Shown here piece by piece: positions 10,866 to 19,901 of a stretch of DNA of 43,594 nucleotides (position 1 is its first letter; each line of letters begins with the position of its first letter). Source of the DNA: a virus. Lineage: Duplodnaviria; Heunggongvirae; Uroviricota; Caudoviricetes. Position numbers and translations under genes: made by a program. The stretch lies in IMG/VR virus record IMGVR_UViG_2526164599_000004. The stretch is one strand, 5' to 3'. The notes under the pieces are model-generated. The model did not search any database, was not told the DNA's origin, and saw only the letters and a program-made list of their open reading frames with translations.

Positions 10866-11047
10866 CTATTCATATCCTCATAGATAAAAAATCGCCCTCA
10901 CATTGGAGGGCAAAGAAGATTTCCAATAATCAGAACAAGTCGGCTCCTGTTTAGTTACGAGCGACATTGCTCCGTGTATTCACTCGTTGGAATGAATACA
11001 CAGTGCAGTGTTTATTCTGTTATTTATGCCAAAAATAAAGGCCACTA

Positions 11048-11248
11048 TCAGGCAGCTTTGTTGTTCTGTTTACCAAGTTCTCTGGCAATCATTGCCGTCG
11101 TTCGTATTGCCCATTTATCGACATATTTCCCATCTTCCATTACAGGAAACATTTCTTCAGGCTTAACCATGCATTCCGATTGCAGCTTGCATCCATTGCA
11201 TCGCTTGAATTGTCCACACCATTGATTTTTATCAATAGTCGTAGTCAT
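11048..11248 (-). CDS. ral: Lambda Ral (restriction alleviation)
   Basis: 66 aa MTTTIDKNQWCGQFKRCNGCKLQSECMVKPEEMF... Confidence 0.85.
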   Translation of the reverse strand: MTTTIDKNQWCGQFKRCNGCKLQSECMVKPEEMFPVMEDGKYVDKWAIRTTAMIARELGKQNNKAA

Positions 11249-11318
11249 ACGGATAGTCCTGGTATTGTTCCATCACATCCTGAGCATGCTCTTCGAACTC
11301 TTCAAATTCTTCTTCCAT
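11232..11318 (-). CDS. Lambda orf28-like acidic peptide
   Basis: Hand-translated 28 aa MEEEFEEFEEHAQDVMEQYQDYPYDYDY; overlaps the ral start. Confidence 0.5.
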   Translation of the reverse strand: MEEEFEEFEEHAQDVMEQYQDYPYDYDY

Positions 11319-11461
11319 ATATCACCTTAAATAGTGGATTGCGGTAGTAAAGATTGTGCCTGTCTTTTAACCACATCAGGCTCGGTGGTTCTCGTGTACC
11401 CCTACAGCGAGAAATCGGATAAACTCTATTCACCCCTACAGAGAGCAAAAGAGAAACGCCG

Positions 11462-12043
11462 ATGAACAACTCATGGTGGCAGGAACTAATGCATTTTTTC
11501 CTGCAAGGAATGACACTTAAACAGTTGATTCATATGCTAATCATCCTGATCATATTGATTATTGTTATGCCGGTAAGCGTAAAAGAATGGATAAACCTGC
11601 ATAATCCAGAAATCCTTCCTTATTATTGGATGTATTACATCCTGTTGTTCTGCGTTAGCTATGTGCTTAACGGTGTTGTTAATTCCGCTTATCACGCTGT
11701 GACTGAAAGAATTGAGGTATCCGCTGCTCAGAAGCGCAAATCTAAAGAAGAAAAATATGTGCAAGATTTGTTTGATTCGTTAACTCTTGGAGAAAGAGCG
11801 TATTTGGCATTCGCTGTAGCCGCGAATAACCAGCTAAAGACAGAAAAGGGAAGCCCTGAAGCAATCTCATTGCTCGAAAAAGGGCTTCTTATTCGGATAC
11901 CTTCTGCTACTGGATATCCTGAAATCGACCGTTTTGTTATCCCGGAACGCTATAGAAATGAGTGCTACATTCGGTTTGCCGGGAAGGCAGACAGCCTTAT
12001 GGATGAACTTATCGCTCAGGATAAGCATGGCAAAAACAAGTAA
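11462..12043 (+). CDS. sieB: Superinfection exclusion protein B
   Basis: 193 aa with hydrophobic N-terminal region; matches lambda SieB as recalled; plus strand between ral and N as in lambda. Confidence 0.85.
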   Translation: MNNSWWQELMHFFLQGMTLKQLIHMLIILIILIIVMPVSVKEWINLHNPEILPYYWMYYILLFCVSYVLNGVVNSAYHAVTERIEVSAAQKRKSKEEKYVQDLFDSLTLGERAYLAFAVAANNQLKTEKGSPEAISLLEKGLLIRIPSATGYPEIDRFVIPERYRNECYIRFAGKADSLMDELIAQDKHGKNK

Positions 12044-12059
12044 TTAGCAAATGAATTTA

Positions 12060-12332
12060 TCATCTCGCCGTCAGTTGTTTTGATTTCCGGTAGCCTGCCG
12101 CGTAAAGAGCTACGTTCGGAAGACAAGTTGAACCTTCATATTTTCTGGTCAACGTTGTCAGAGTTATCACTTCTGCTCTCATTGCTGGTTTGCGCTTGCA
12201 TTGCAAGACCACTCGTGAAGGGGTTGGCCTGTGTAGCTTGTCGGAGCTGATCGCCTCCTGACTTTGCAGATTTGCGCGACGAGCTCTACGGCGAGAAGCT
12301 GCGGTGCCTTTAAATTCTGTTTTTCTGGACAT
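12060..12332 (-). CDS. N-like transcription antiterminator (P22 gp24-type)
   Basis: 90 aa from MSRKTEFKGTAASRRRARRANLQ (arginine-rich motif); C-terminus ...VALYAAGYRKSKQLTAR resembles P22 gp24 (...VALYAAGHRKSKQITAR); GGAGG ribosome-binding site; not lambda N. Confidence 0.7.
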   Translation of the reverse strand: MSRKTEFKGTAASRRRARRANLQSQEAISSDKLHRPTPSRVVLQCKRKPAMRAEVITLTTLTRKYEGSTCLPNVALYAAGYRKSKQLTAR

Positions 12333-12430
12333 GGATTCCTCCCGAATAAACTTTGGCGATGCAATCTCGAAGCTCCTCCTGAGACGATTGCTTCGGCATT
12401 GCATCCCACAGCTTATGTGGTTGGGTGATC

Positions 12431-12476
12431 TGGCTTTTCAGCCACGTAGTCGAGAGTCGACGTTGTTTAAAGAGCC
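12431..12476 (-). promoter_or_regulatory. nutL: nutL (boxA GCTCTTTAA, boxB hairpin TGGCTGAAAAGCCA)
   Basis: On the minus strand upstream of N; same length and about 75% identical to the nutR element at 15119-15164. Confidence 0.6.
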
Positions 12477-12499
12477 TGCCAGTCTGTTCCATTTGGCTT

Positions 12500-12720
12500 C
12501 CAGCGTCCTGCTGACGGTTAAATAGTACGATATGTACTTTACAAGATCAATACAATTTGTTGTAAGTTGGCGTGGTTTTTTATAACGCTTTGTATTTAAT
12601 AGTGTTGTTTTTTAGCGTGGATGTATTGCCTCGGCGATGTAAGGAGAGATCAGAATTGCGTGGTTTAGTGGGTTGCATCTATTTATTTTTCAATAAATAC
12701 AATTGGTTATGTGTTTTTAG
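12500..12720. promoter_or_regulatory. OL/pL region (operator block about 12521-12552)
   Basis: AT-rich region upstream of nutL; contains a block homologous, in inverted orientation, to the OR block at 14836-14863, plus a second shared motif ACGCTTTGTA. Confidence 0.45.
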
Positions 12721-12740
12721 GTGGGGCGATCGTGAGGCAA

Positions 12741-12769
12741 AGAAAACCCGGCGCTGAGGCCGGGTTTTT
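12741..12769 (-). terminator. Intrinsic terminator ending the cI operon (bidirectional hairpin)
   Basis: CCCGGC-GCTGAG-GCCGGG stem-loop flanked by A-run and T-run, directly after the stop of the 258-aa gene. Confidence 0.65.
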
Positions 12770-13546
12770 CTAGGCTACCAGAGACTCAATCCAAGAGTCT
12801 CTGGTATGGAATGGCAACACTCGTGCGGTATCATTAAATAGTAGTGATAGTTGCTGTAGCTCAGGTGTTAACCCATCGCTGTCAACTATTACAAATCTAT
12901 TGTTTATGTCAGGAACGACCTGACTTAAGTCAACAATCTTCCCAACTGTTGAGTGGGCAGTATTCCATCCCTTACTGCTGGCAAGGCTTACCGTAAACCC
13001 GCGTTTTGGTGGTATTAGTCGAGACTCATTCCTTAGCGTTAACGGAACAGTAATGTTATGCCCACTAATACCTTTCACTTTTTCCTTTAAGGCTAGTCGC
13101 TTCCCAAGCCCTGCTGATTTTAAGTAACTGATTACACATTTTTCGAACTTATCGTCTTTGACCTCAGCATACCAATCAGCAGTTTGGGCGGATGCAAGAA
13201 TCCCACCACGAATAACATTTGCAGTTACCTGTCCAACGGACGACTCATCTGCCCACGCAGATATCTCTCCAGAATCATTTAATGAAATTCCTTGCGAAGC
13301 GAGTGATGACCTAATCAGATCAATTTTCTTTTTAGTCAGGTGGATGCCGCGTGATTCAATATTCATCAATGTATCGCAGTAGTCTGTAACCCTATACTGA
13401 CCACTCATCTCTTGAACGAATACACTTATCTGCTCACAATCATCGTAGTATGTGAAGGGACTAATAACGCGCAGCAACGTGTCGCTCATTGGGTGGCATT
13501 CAAACCCGAGCTTAGATATGACTGTTGAACACGTTACATTTCCCAT
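12770..13546 (-). CDS. Unknown protein B (258 aa), rexAB-position cassette
   Basis: Clean ORF co-oriented with cI; its ATG lies 13 nt inside the 3' end of the 180-aa gene; no family recognised; no obvious transmembrane helices. Confidence 0.6.
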   Translation of the reverse strand: MGNVTCSTVISKLGFECHPMSDTLLRVISPFTYYDDCEQISVFVQEMSGQYRVTDYCDTLMNIESRGIHLTKKKIDLIRSSLASQGISLNDSGEISAWADESSVGQVTANVIRGGILASAQTADWYAEVKDDKFEKCVISYLKSAGLGKRLALKEKVKGISGHNITVPLTLRNESRLIPPKRGFTVSLASSKGWNTAHSTVGKIVDLSQVVPDINNRFVIVDSDGLTPELQQLSLLFNDTARVLPFHTRDSWIESLVA

Positions 13547-14076
13547 GATAGCTGACCTGATTTATCTTGATTAGGTAAAGGTGGGCTGCCTTCATATATG
13601 ATATTAAGCGCCTCGCAAAAATAATTCCAGTAGCCAAAAAAATCATCTGGCTTGATGTTCGTTTCAAGCTTAAGTGCAATTTCTTCCCCAGCTGATTCGA
13701 AGTACATGTGATAGTGAGGACCTCGAGCCACCTCAACAAAATCTGGATGGTTCACTATAGATTTATTACGGTGTGGCTTGTTATCCGCAGGGTACGGGTC
13801 AAGCGCGTAAATGCGCCTGTCATGAAGAAACATCACAAATGAAATCTTCACTATATCCACCCCTTCAACGATAGGAGGACGCCAGTGAAGCATAAATCTT
13901 ATGCCTGTGATTGGGTTGCCAATTTCATCAAAAGCTTTGAGATCCAATTTAAACCAGATTGGGGTTCGTCCCTCACTTCCGGTCCATGTAACTCCGCTAA
14001 AAGTTACTTTTTTCAAGCGAGTAATAGCTTGGTCAACCTCTTTCTGGGTAGGCTTAAAGTCGCCTTTTTTAGCCAC
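13534..14076 (-). CDS. Unknown protein A (180 aa), rexAB-position cassette
   Basis: Clean ORF 46 bp downstream of the cI stop, same strand; no family recognised. Confidence 0.6.
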   Translation of the reverse strand: MAKKGDFKPTQKEVDQAITRLKKVTFSGVTWTGSEGRTPIWFKLDLKAFDEIGNPITGIRFMLHWRPPIVEGVDIVKISFVMFLHDRRIYALDPYPADNKPHRNKSIVNHPDFVEVARGPHYHMYFESAGEEIALKLETNIKPDDFFGYWNYFCEALNIIYEGSPPLPNQDKSGQLSWEM

Positions 14077-14122
14077 TGATTCGTATCACCATGAAAGTTA
14101 TTGTTAATACCTGTGCTTCTTG

Positions 14123-14782
14123 TCACCCAAACGTCTCTTCAGGCCACTGACTAGCGATAACTTTCCCCACAACGGAACAACTCTCATTGCATGGGATCAT
14201 TGGGTATTGTGGGTTTAGTGGCTGTAGAAACACCTGACCGCTATCCCTGATCAGTTTCTTGAAGGTAAACTCATCACCACCAAGTCTGGCTATACAGAAA
14301 TCGCCTGGCTCAACAGCCTGCTCAGGGTCAACCAGAATTAACATCCCGTCAGGAAAGCTGGGCTTGGAACCTGTTGGTGCGGTCATTGAGTTACCTTCAA
14401 CCTCAAGCCAGAATGCAGAGTCACTGGCTTTTTTGGTTGTGCTTACCAATCTCTCCGCATCGCCTTTGGTAAAGGTTCTGAGTTCTGGAGAGAACATCCC
14501 AGCCTGAACATGAGAAAAAACAGGGTACTCATATTGTTTTTTAACTGGGGCCGATGAGTATTCGCCAACAGGTGAAAATGTCCCGTCGTGGTTGAATGAT
14601 ATGTTATCAATACCAAGGTATTTAAACACCACACCAATATCACTAAGAGATGGATGACGAGATCCGCGCAACCAGTGTCCAATCCCACCCTGCGTCATAC
14701 CTAGCTCTTCGGCTAACTTCTCTTGAGTTATGCCGAGCTCTTTCATTCTGGATCTAGCCAGTTCATACCATTTCATTTTCAT
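14123..14782 (-). CDS. cI: CI-type repressor, hybrid: novel N-terminal HTH domain plus lambda CI C-terminal domain
   Basis: C-terminal about 135 aa (...[28 protein letters not shown]...[14 protein letters not shown]) matches lambda CI; N-terminal about 85 aa does not; start chosen at MKMKWYEL with AAGGA ribosome-binding site. Confidence 0.85.
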   Translation of the reverse strand: MKMKWYELARSRMKELGITQEKLAEELGMTQGGIGHWLRGSRHPSLSDIGVVFKYLGIDNISFNHDGTFSPVGEYSSAPVKKQYEYPVFSHVQAGMFSPELRTFTKGDAERLVSTTKKASDSAFWLEVEGNSMTAPTGSKPSFPDGMLILVDPEQAVEPGDFCIARLGGDEFTFKKLIRDSGQVFLQPLNPQYPMIPCNESCSVVGKVIASQWPEETFG

Positions 14783-14892
14783 GTCCTTATTATTACGCTT
14801 TGTACTGGAACCATCCATGCACAATGTGTATTTTTACTTGTATTCGTAAAGTACATATTGTATTTTTTATTCGTGTTTACTATGGAGGGCAT
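14783..14892. promoter_or_regulatory. OR region with divergent pRM/pR (operator block about 14836-14863)
   Basis: Intergenic between divergent cI and cro; near-palindromic TACA/TGTA elements shared with OL; exact operators and promoter hexamers not resolved. Confidence 0.5.
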
Positions 14893-15108
14893 ATGAGCAA
14901 CCTACGAAAATATCGAGAGTCACTGAATATCTCTCAAACAACACTTGCTAAGGCAGTTGGATGCACACAGGGAGCTATCGGACATTGGGAATCTGGTCGT
15001 CGCTTCCCAGACCTTAAAACATGCCGTGCTCTTGTTGCGTGCCTAAACAAGTTAGGCGCAAAAGTCAGTCTTGATGACGTGTTCCCGCCGGAACACAAAG
15101 CCGCTTAA
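14893..15108 (+). CDS. cro: Cro-like HTH repressor (non-lambda)
   Basis: 71 aa from MSNLRKYRESLNISQTTLAKAVGCTQGAIGHWESGRR (helix-turn-helix); GGAGGG ribosome-binding site; divergent from cI. Confidence 0.75.
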   Translation: MSNLRKYRESLNISQTTLAKAVGCTQGAIGHWESGRRFPDLKTCRALVACLNKLGAKVSLDDVFPPEHKAA

Positions 15109-15118
15109 TAAGCGGATC

Positions 15119-15164
15119 CGCTCTTTGTAACAACGGACATTCGTCCTACGTCGCTGAAAAGCGA
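15119..15164 (+). promoter_or_regulatory. nutR: nutR (boxA CGCTCTTTG, boxB hairpin TCGCTGAAAAGCGA)
   Basis: Immediately downstream of cro; homologous to the nutL element. Confidence 0.6.
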
Positions 15165-15249
15165 GTTCCAAGATATCTGACCAACTAAGGCCATATGCGT
15201 TTCCACGCATACCTTTCAACTAACTATTCACTATTGGAAATCTTAAGAA

Positions 15250-15546
15250 ATGGAAAGAACAAGTTACAGCAAACTATCACAGCGTGACGTTGATCGCGCA
15301 GAAACAGATTTACTTATCAATCTGTCAGCTATTACCCAGCGCGGTCTGGCAAAGATGATTGGCTGTCATGAATCGAAGATAAGCAGAACGGACTGGAGAT
15401 TTATTGCTTCGGTCTTGTGTGCTTTCGGAATGGCATCAGACATCAGTCCGATTAGCAGGGCTTTTAAGTATGCGCTTGATGGACTCACCAATAAAAAACG
15501 CCCGGCGGCAACCGAGCGTTCTGAACAAATCCAGATGGAGTTCTGA
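15250..15546 (+). CDS. cII: CII-like activator, hybrid: novel N-terminus plus lambda CII C-terminus
   Basis: 98 aa ending ...LTNKKRPAATERSEQIQMEF, which matches the lambda CII C-terminus; N-terminal part differs. Confidence 0.8.
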   Translation: MERTSYSKLSQRDVDRAETDLLINLSAITQRGLAKMIGCHESKISRTDWRFIASVLCAFGMASDISPISRAFKYALDGLTNKKRPAATERSEQIQMEF

Positions 15547-15578
15547 GGTCATTACTGGATCTATCAACAGGAGTCATT

Positions 15579-16478
15579 ATGACAAATACAGCAAAAATAC
15601 TCAACTTCGGCAGAGGTAACTTTGCCGGACAGGAGCGTAATGTGGCAGATCTCGATGATGGTTACGCCAGACTATCAAATATGCTGCTTGAGGCTTATTC
15701 GGGCGCAGATCTGACCAAGCGACAGTTTAAAGTGCTGCTTGCCATTCTGCGTAAAACCTATGGGTGGAATAAACCAATGGACAGAATCACCGATTCTCAA
15801 CTTAGCGAGATTACAAAGTTACCTGTCAAACGGTGCAATGAAGCCAAGTTAGAACTCGTCAGAATGAATATTATCAAGCAGCAAGGCGGCATGTTTGGAC
15901 CAAATAAAAACATCTCAGAATGGTGTATCCCTCAAAACGAGGGAAAATCCCCTAAAACGAGGGATAAAACATCCCTCAAATTGGGGGATTGCTATCCCTC
16001 AAAACAGGGGGACACAAAAGACACTATTACAAAAGAAAAAAGAAAAGATTATTCGTCCGAGAATTCTGGCGAATCCTCTGACCAGCCAGAAAACGACCTT
16101 TCTGTGGTGAAACCGGATGCTGCAATTCAGAGCGGCAGCAAGTGGGGGACAGCAGAAGACCTGACCGCCGCAGAGTGGATGTTTGACATGGTGAAGACCA
16201 TCGCGCCATCAGCCAGAAAACCGAATTTTGCAGGGTGGGCTAACGATATCCGCCTGATGCGTGAACGTGACGGACGTAACCACCGCGACATGTGCGTGCT
16301 GTTCCGCTGGGCATGCCAGGACAACTTCTGGTCCGGTAACGTGCTTAGCCCGGCCAAACTCCGCGACAAGTGGACCCAGCTCGAAATCAACCGTAACAAG
16401 CAACAGGCAGTCGTGACAGCCAGCAAACCAAAACTCGACCTGACAAACACAGACTGGATTTACGGGGTGGATCTATGA
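15579..16478 (+). CDS. O: Lambda replication initiator O
   Basis: 299-aa ORF matching lambda O; contains the ori iterons. Confidence 0.95.
   Translation: MTNTAKILNFGRGNFAGQERNVADLDDGYARLSNMLLEAYSGADLTKRQFKVLLAILRKTYGWNKPMDRITDSQLSEITKLPVKRCNEAKLELVRMNIIKQQGGMFGPNKNISEWCIPQNEGKSPKTRDKTSLKLGDCYPSKQGDTKDTITKEKRKDYSSENSGESSDQPENDLSVVKPDAAIQSGSKWGTAEDLTAAEWMFDMVKTIAPSARKPNFAGWANDIRLMRERDGRNHRDMCVLFRWACQDNFWSGNVLSPAKLRDKWTQLEINRNKQQAVVTASKPKLDLTNTDWIYGVDL
15927..16060 (+). repeat. ori: ori-lambda: four about 18-bp iterons (ATCCCTCAAAACGAGGGA-like) plus AT-rich region
   Basis: Four tandem iteron copies at about 15927-16012, followed by an A/T-rich stretch, all inside O. Confidence 0.85.
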
Positions 16479-17176
16479 AAAACATCGCCGCACAGATGGT
16501 TAACTTTGACCGTGAGCAGATGCGTCGGATCGCCAACAACATGCCGGAACAGTACGACGAAAAGCCGCAGGTACAGCAGGTAGCGCAGATCATCAACGGT
16601 GTGTTCAGCCAGTTACTGGCAACTTTCCCGGCGAGTCTGGCTAACCGTGACCAGAACGAACTGAACGAAATCCGCCGCCAGTGGGTTCTGGCTTTCCGGG
16701 AAAACGGGATCACCACAATGGAACAGGTTAACGCAGGAATGCGCGTAGCCCGTCGGCAGAATCGACCATTTCTGCCATCACCCGGGCAGTTTGTTGCATG
16801 GTGCCGGGAAGAAGCATCCGTTATCGCCGGACTGCCAAACGTCAGCGAGCTGGTTGATATGGTTTACGAGTATTGCCGGAAGCGAGGCCTGTATCCGGAT
16901 GCGGAGTCTTATCCGTGGAAATCAAACGCGCACTACTGGCTGGTTACCAACCTGTATCAGAACATGCGGGCCAATGCGCTTACTGATGCGGAATTACGCC
17001 GTAAGGCCGCAGATGAGCTTGTCCATATGACTGCGAGAATTAACCGTGGTGAGGCGATCCCTGAACCAGTAAAACAACTTCCTGTCATGGGCGGTAGACC
17101 TCTAAATCGTGCACAGGCTCTGGCGAAGATCGCAGAAATCAAAGCTAAGTTCGGATTGAAAGGAGCAAGTGTATGA
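16475..17176 (+). CDS. P: Lambda replication protein P (DnaB loader)
   Basis: 233-aa ORF matching lambda P. Confidence 0.95.
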   Translation: MKNIAAQMVNFDREQMRRIANNMPEQYDEKPQVQQVAQIINGVFSQLLATFPASLANRDQNELNEIRRQWVLAFRENGITTMEQVNAGMRVARRQNRPFLPSPGQFVAWCREEASVIAGLPNVSELVDMVYEYCRKRGLYPDAESYPWKSNAHYWLVTNLYQNMRANALTDAELRRKAADELVHMTARINRGEAIPEPVKQLPVMGGRPLNRAQALAKIAEIKAKFGLKGASV

Positions 17177-17463
17177 CGGGCAAAGAGGCAATTATTCATT
17201 ACCTGGGGACGCATAATAGCTTCTGTGCGCCGGACGTTGCCGCGCTAACAGGCGCAACAGTAACCAGCATAAATCAGGCCGCGGCTAAAATGGCACGGGC
17301 AGGTCTTCTGGTTATCGAAGGTAAGGTCTGGCGAACGGTGTATTACCGGTTTGCTACCAGGGAAGAACGGGAAGGAAAGATGAGCACGAACCTGATTTTT
17401 AAGGAGTGTCGCCAGAGTGCCGCGATGAAACGGGTATTGGCGGTATATGGAGTTAAAAGATGA
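17173..17463 (+). CDS. ren: Lambda Ren
   Basis: 96-aa ORF matching lambda Ren. Confidence 0.9.
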   Translation: MTGKEAIIHYLGTHNSFCAPDVAALTGATVTSINQAAAKMARAGLLVIEGKVWRTVYYRFATREEREGKMSTNLIFKECRQSAAMKRVLAVYGVKR

Positions 17464-17536
17464 CCATCTACATCACTGAGCTAATAACAGGCCTGCTGGT
17501 AATCGCAGGCCTTTTTATTTGGGGGAGAGGGAAGTC

Positions 17537-17783
17537 ATGAAAAAACTAACCTTTGAAATTCGATCTCCAGCACATCAGCAAAACGCTATTCACGCAGTAC
17601 AGCAAATTCTTCCAGACCCAACCAAACCAATCGTAGTAACCATTCAGGAACGCAACCGCAGCTTAGACCAAAACCGAAAGCTTTGGGCTTGCCTTGGTGA
17701 CGTTTCGCGTCAGGTTGAATGGCATGGTCGCTGGCTGGATGCAGAAAGCTGGAAGTGTGTGTTTACCGCAGCATTAAAGCAGC
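17537..17783 (+). pseudogene. ninB: ninB 5' fragment (first about 82 codons) truncated by IS629
   Basis: MKKLTFEIRSPAHQQNAIHAVQQILPDP...FTAALKQ matches the lambda NinB N-terminus; the frame runs into the IS inverted repeat at 17784. Confidence 0.85.
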
Positions 17784-17825
17784 TGAACCGCCCCGGGTTT
17801 CCTGGAGAGTGTTTTATCTGTGAAC

Positions 17826-18716
17826 TCAGGCTGCCAGATCATCGTTTCCGATGGAAGCATAATAAGCTTTTTCTGCTTCTGCCGGTGGGATATGGCCCAG
17901 CCTTTCCAGCAATCGTCGATTGTTATACCAGTCCACCCACGTGAGTGTGGCCAGCTCCACTTCTGTCCGGTTTTTCCAGCTCTTACGGTGTATTACCTCC
18001 GCTTTGTAAAGGCCATTGATGCTCTCCGCCATCGCGTTGTCATACGAGTCACCAGTACTTCCTGTTGATGCCAGTAATCCGGCTTCCTTAAGCCGCTGTG
18101 TGTAGGCCAGCGATACATACTGAGAACCTTTATCACTGTGATGGACTGTGCCGGACGGTCGACGGGCCCATAACGCCTGCTCCAGAGCATCCAGCACGAA
18201 TGTCGTTTCCATAGACGATGAGACCCGCCACCCCACGATGTATCCGGCAAACACATCAATGATGAACGCCACATAGACGACCCCCTGCCATGTGCTGACG
18301 TAAGTAAAATCAGCCACCCACAACTGGTCAGGACGTTCTGCCACAAACTGACGGTTTACGCGGTCGCCTGCGGCAACGGCTTTCCGGCTGACGGTAGTGC
18401 GGACCTTTTTACCCCGGAGAACACCGGCAAGTCCCATAACCGCCATGAGGCGCGCCACTGTACATCTGGCTACCCTGATTCCTTCCCGTAACAACTGACG
18501 CCAGACTTTACGCACACCGTATACCTGATGATTCCCATCGTATACGCGCAGTATCTCTTTCTTCAGCCAGTCATCGCGCTGCGCACGGGCACTGCGTTTA
18601 TCAGGATGATGTCGCTGTTGCTGACAGTGGTAATACGTTGACGGGGCAATATGTAGTTCACTGCATACCGGTCCGACCCCGTACAGCTTACGCAGCTTAT
18701 CCAGCAGTGGCATCAC
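17826..18716 (-). CDS. IS629 transposase OrfB
   Basis: 296 aa, integrase catalytic core; recalled as IS629/IS1203 OrfB. Confidence 0.85.
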   Translation of the reverse strand: MMPLLDKLRKLYGVGPVCSELHIAPSTYYHCQQQRHHPDKRSARAQRDDWLKKEILRVYDGNHQVYGVRKVWRQLLREGIRVARCTVARLMAVMGLAGVLRGKKVRTTVSRKAVAAGDRVNRQFVAERPDQLWVADFTYVSTWQGVVYVAFIIDVFAGYIVGWRVSSSMETTFVLDALEQALWARRPSGTVHHSDKGSQYVSLAYTQRLKEAGLLASTGSTGDSYDNAMAESINGLYKAEVIHRKSWKNRTEVELATLTWVDWYNNRRLLERLGHIPPAEAEKAYYASIGNDDLAA

Positions 18717-19039
18717 TTTTTCCAGAGGCGGTCGAACTCCGCCTTCGCAAAATAAGCGGAAGCCTGGCGAAGGATATCGTTACTGCGGCGCAGTTCACGA
18801 TTTTCACGTTCCAGCTCTTTCAGACGCTGACGTTCAGCGGTGGTGAGCCCGCCATCACCGCCTCCGGTATCCCGCTCATGCTGGCGTACCCAGACACGCA
18901 GAGTCTCCGGTGTACAGTCAATCTTTGGGGCAATGGAACAAATTGCCGCCCACTGTGAGTCATATTCGCCCTGACTTTCCAGAACCATACGAATCGCCCT
19001 CTGACGGACTTCGGGGGAAAAACGAGTATTTTTAGTCAT
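18713..19039 (-). CDS. IS629 OrfA (HTH)
   Basis: 108 aa [26 protein letters not shown]...; lies upstream of and overlapping orfB, the usual IS3-family arrangement. Confidence 0.85.
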   Translation of the reverse strand: MTKNTRFSPEVRQRAIRMVLESQGEYDSQWAAICSIAPKIDCTPETLRVWVRQHERDTGGGDGGLTTAERQRLKELERENRELRRSNDILRQASAYFAKAEFDRLWKK

Positions 19040-19174
19040 CCTGTTTACCTCTTTCTCAGGGAGTTTAGTCTCCAGGATTCCCGGGGCGGTTCAGTTCATC
19101 AGTCCTCGACGGATGTTTACTACCGTATCCAAAGCGGCATTGATGGCGATCGGGCAGGGCGTCAGGAGGGCTGC

Positions 19175-19351
19175 ATGAGACGACAGCGGCGAAGTTTCAC
19201 CGACATCATCTGCGAAAACTGCAAATACCTTCCAACGAAACGCTCCAGAAATAAACGCAAGCCAATCCCAAAAGAATCTGACGTAAAAACCTTCAACTAC
19301 ACGGCTCACCTGTGGGATATCCGGTGGCTAAGACATCGTGCGAGGAAATGA
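19175..19351 (+). CDS. ninE: NinE
   Basis: 58 aa [51 protein letters not shown]... matches lambda NinE; its ATG overlaps the stop of the truncated upstream frame (ATGA). Confidence 0.8.
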   Translation: MRRQRRSFTDIICENCKYLPTKRSRNKRKPIPKESDVKTFNYTAHLWDIRWLRHRARK

Positions 19352-19695
19352 CAATGGATTATTCACAGTTAAGTGATTTTGAAATTAACCGAATGGTAGG
19401 AGACATAATTTTTAAAGGCCTTTGGGCATGTAAGCCTGAAACATCAGGGAATAACACCAACAAATGGTATTACGGAAATGCCGATGTAAGTCTTGAGCCA
19501 TTAAACCCTTTGCCTGACTACTGCAATGATCCGAGCGCTTCATGGCCGATTATTGAGAAATACAGGATTTCTATCTTAGACCAGTTAACTGAATGGTGTG
19601 TGGATGCAAAAGGCGTAAGCCCAATATTTGATACCAGACCTCTCCGCGCCGCCATGATTGTCTTTCTCCTGATGCAGGAGGCCAATAATGCTTAG
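19348..19695 (+). CDS. NinX-like phage protein (possibly DUF2591 family; family name from memory)
   Basis: 115 aa from [22 protein letters not shown]...; start overlaps the ninE stop. Confidence 0.5.
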   Translation: MTMDYSQLSDFEINRMVGDIIFKGLWACKPETSGNNTNKWYYGNADVSLEPLNPLPDYCNDPSASWPIIEKYRISILDQLTEWCVDAKGVSPIFDTRPLRAAMIVFLLMQEANNA

Positions 19696-19882
19696 CCCAT
19701 CTCAATCCCTTCAATACCTGAAAGGAAGCATAGAGCGGGCTTCAATGTGCACAGAGTGGATTCTATCTAGGTTTAGCGCATACAGAAGATTGCCGGTAAA
19801 GGGCATGCCAAGCAAGTCGATGCTGCATATGCAAAAGAATGCGCGCTGGAAGGTATGGCGAGAACACAGGTTATCTGGCTGA
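19688..19882 (+). CDS. NinF-like small protein (N-terminus conserved, C-terminus divergent)
   Basis: First about 18 aa [18 protein letters not shown] resemble lambda NinF; the remainder does not, so a frameshifted or alternative version is possible. Confidence 0.4.
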   Translation: MLSPSQSLQYLKGSIERASMCTEWILSRFSAYRRLPVKGMPSKSMLHMQKNARWKVWREHRLSG

Positions 19883-19901
19883 AAGAGGGGGTTATTAAGG
19901 C

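Larger units (their letters stand above)
17784..19093 (-). mobile_element. IS629 (IS3 family), copy 1, 1310 bp, no target-site duplication
   Basis: Terminal inverted repeats TGAACCGCCCCGGG at both ends; orfA and orfB inside; flanks (AGC / GTT) do not match. Confidence 0.85.

Noticed and set aside
19091-19309. 72-aa minus-strand ORF spanning the IS629 end and the ninE region
   Set aside because: Antisense to ninE and crosses an IS boundary; no start context.
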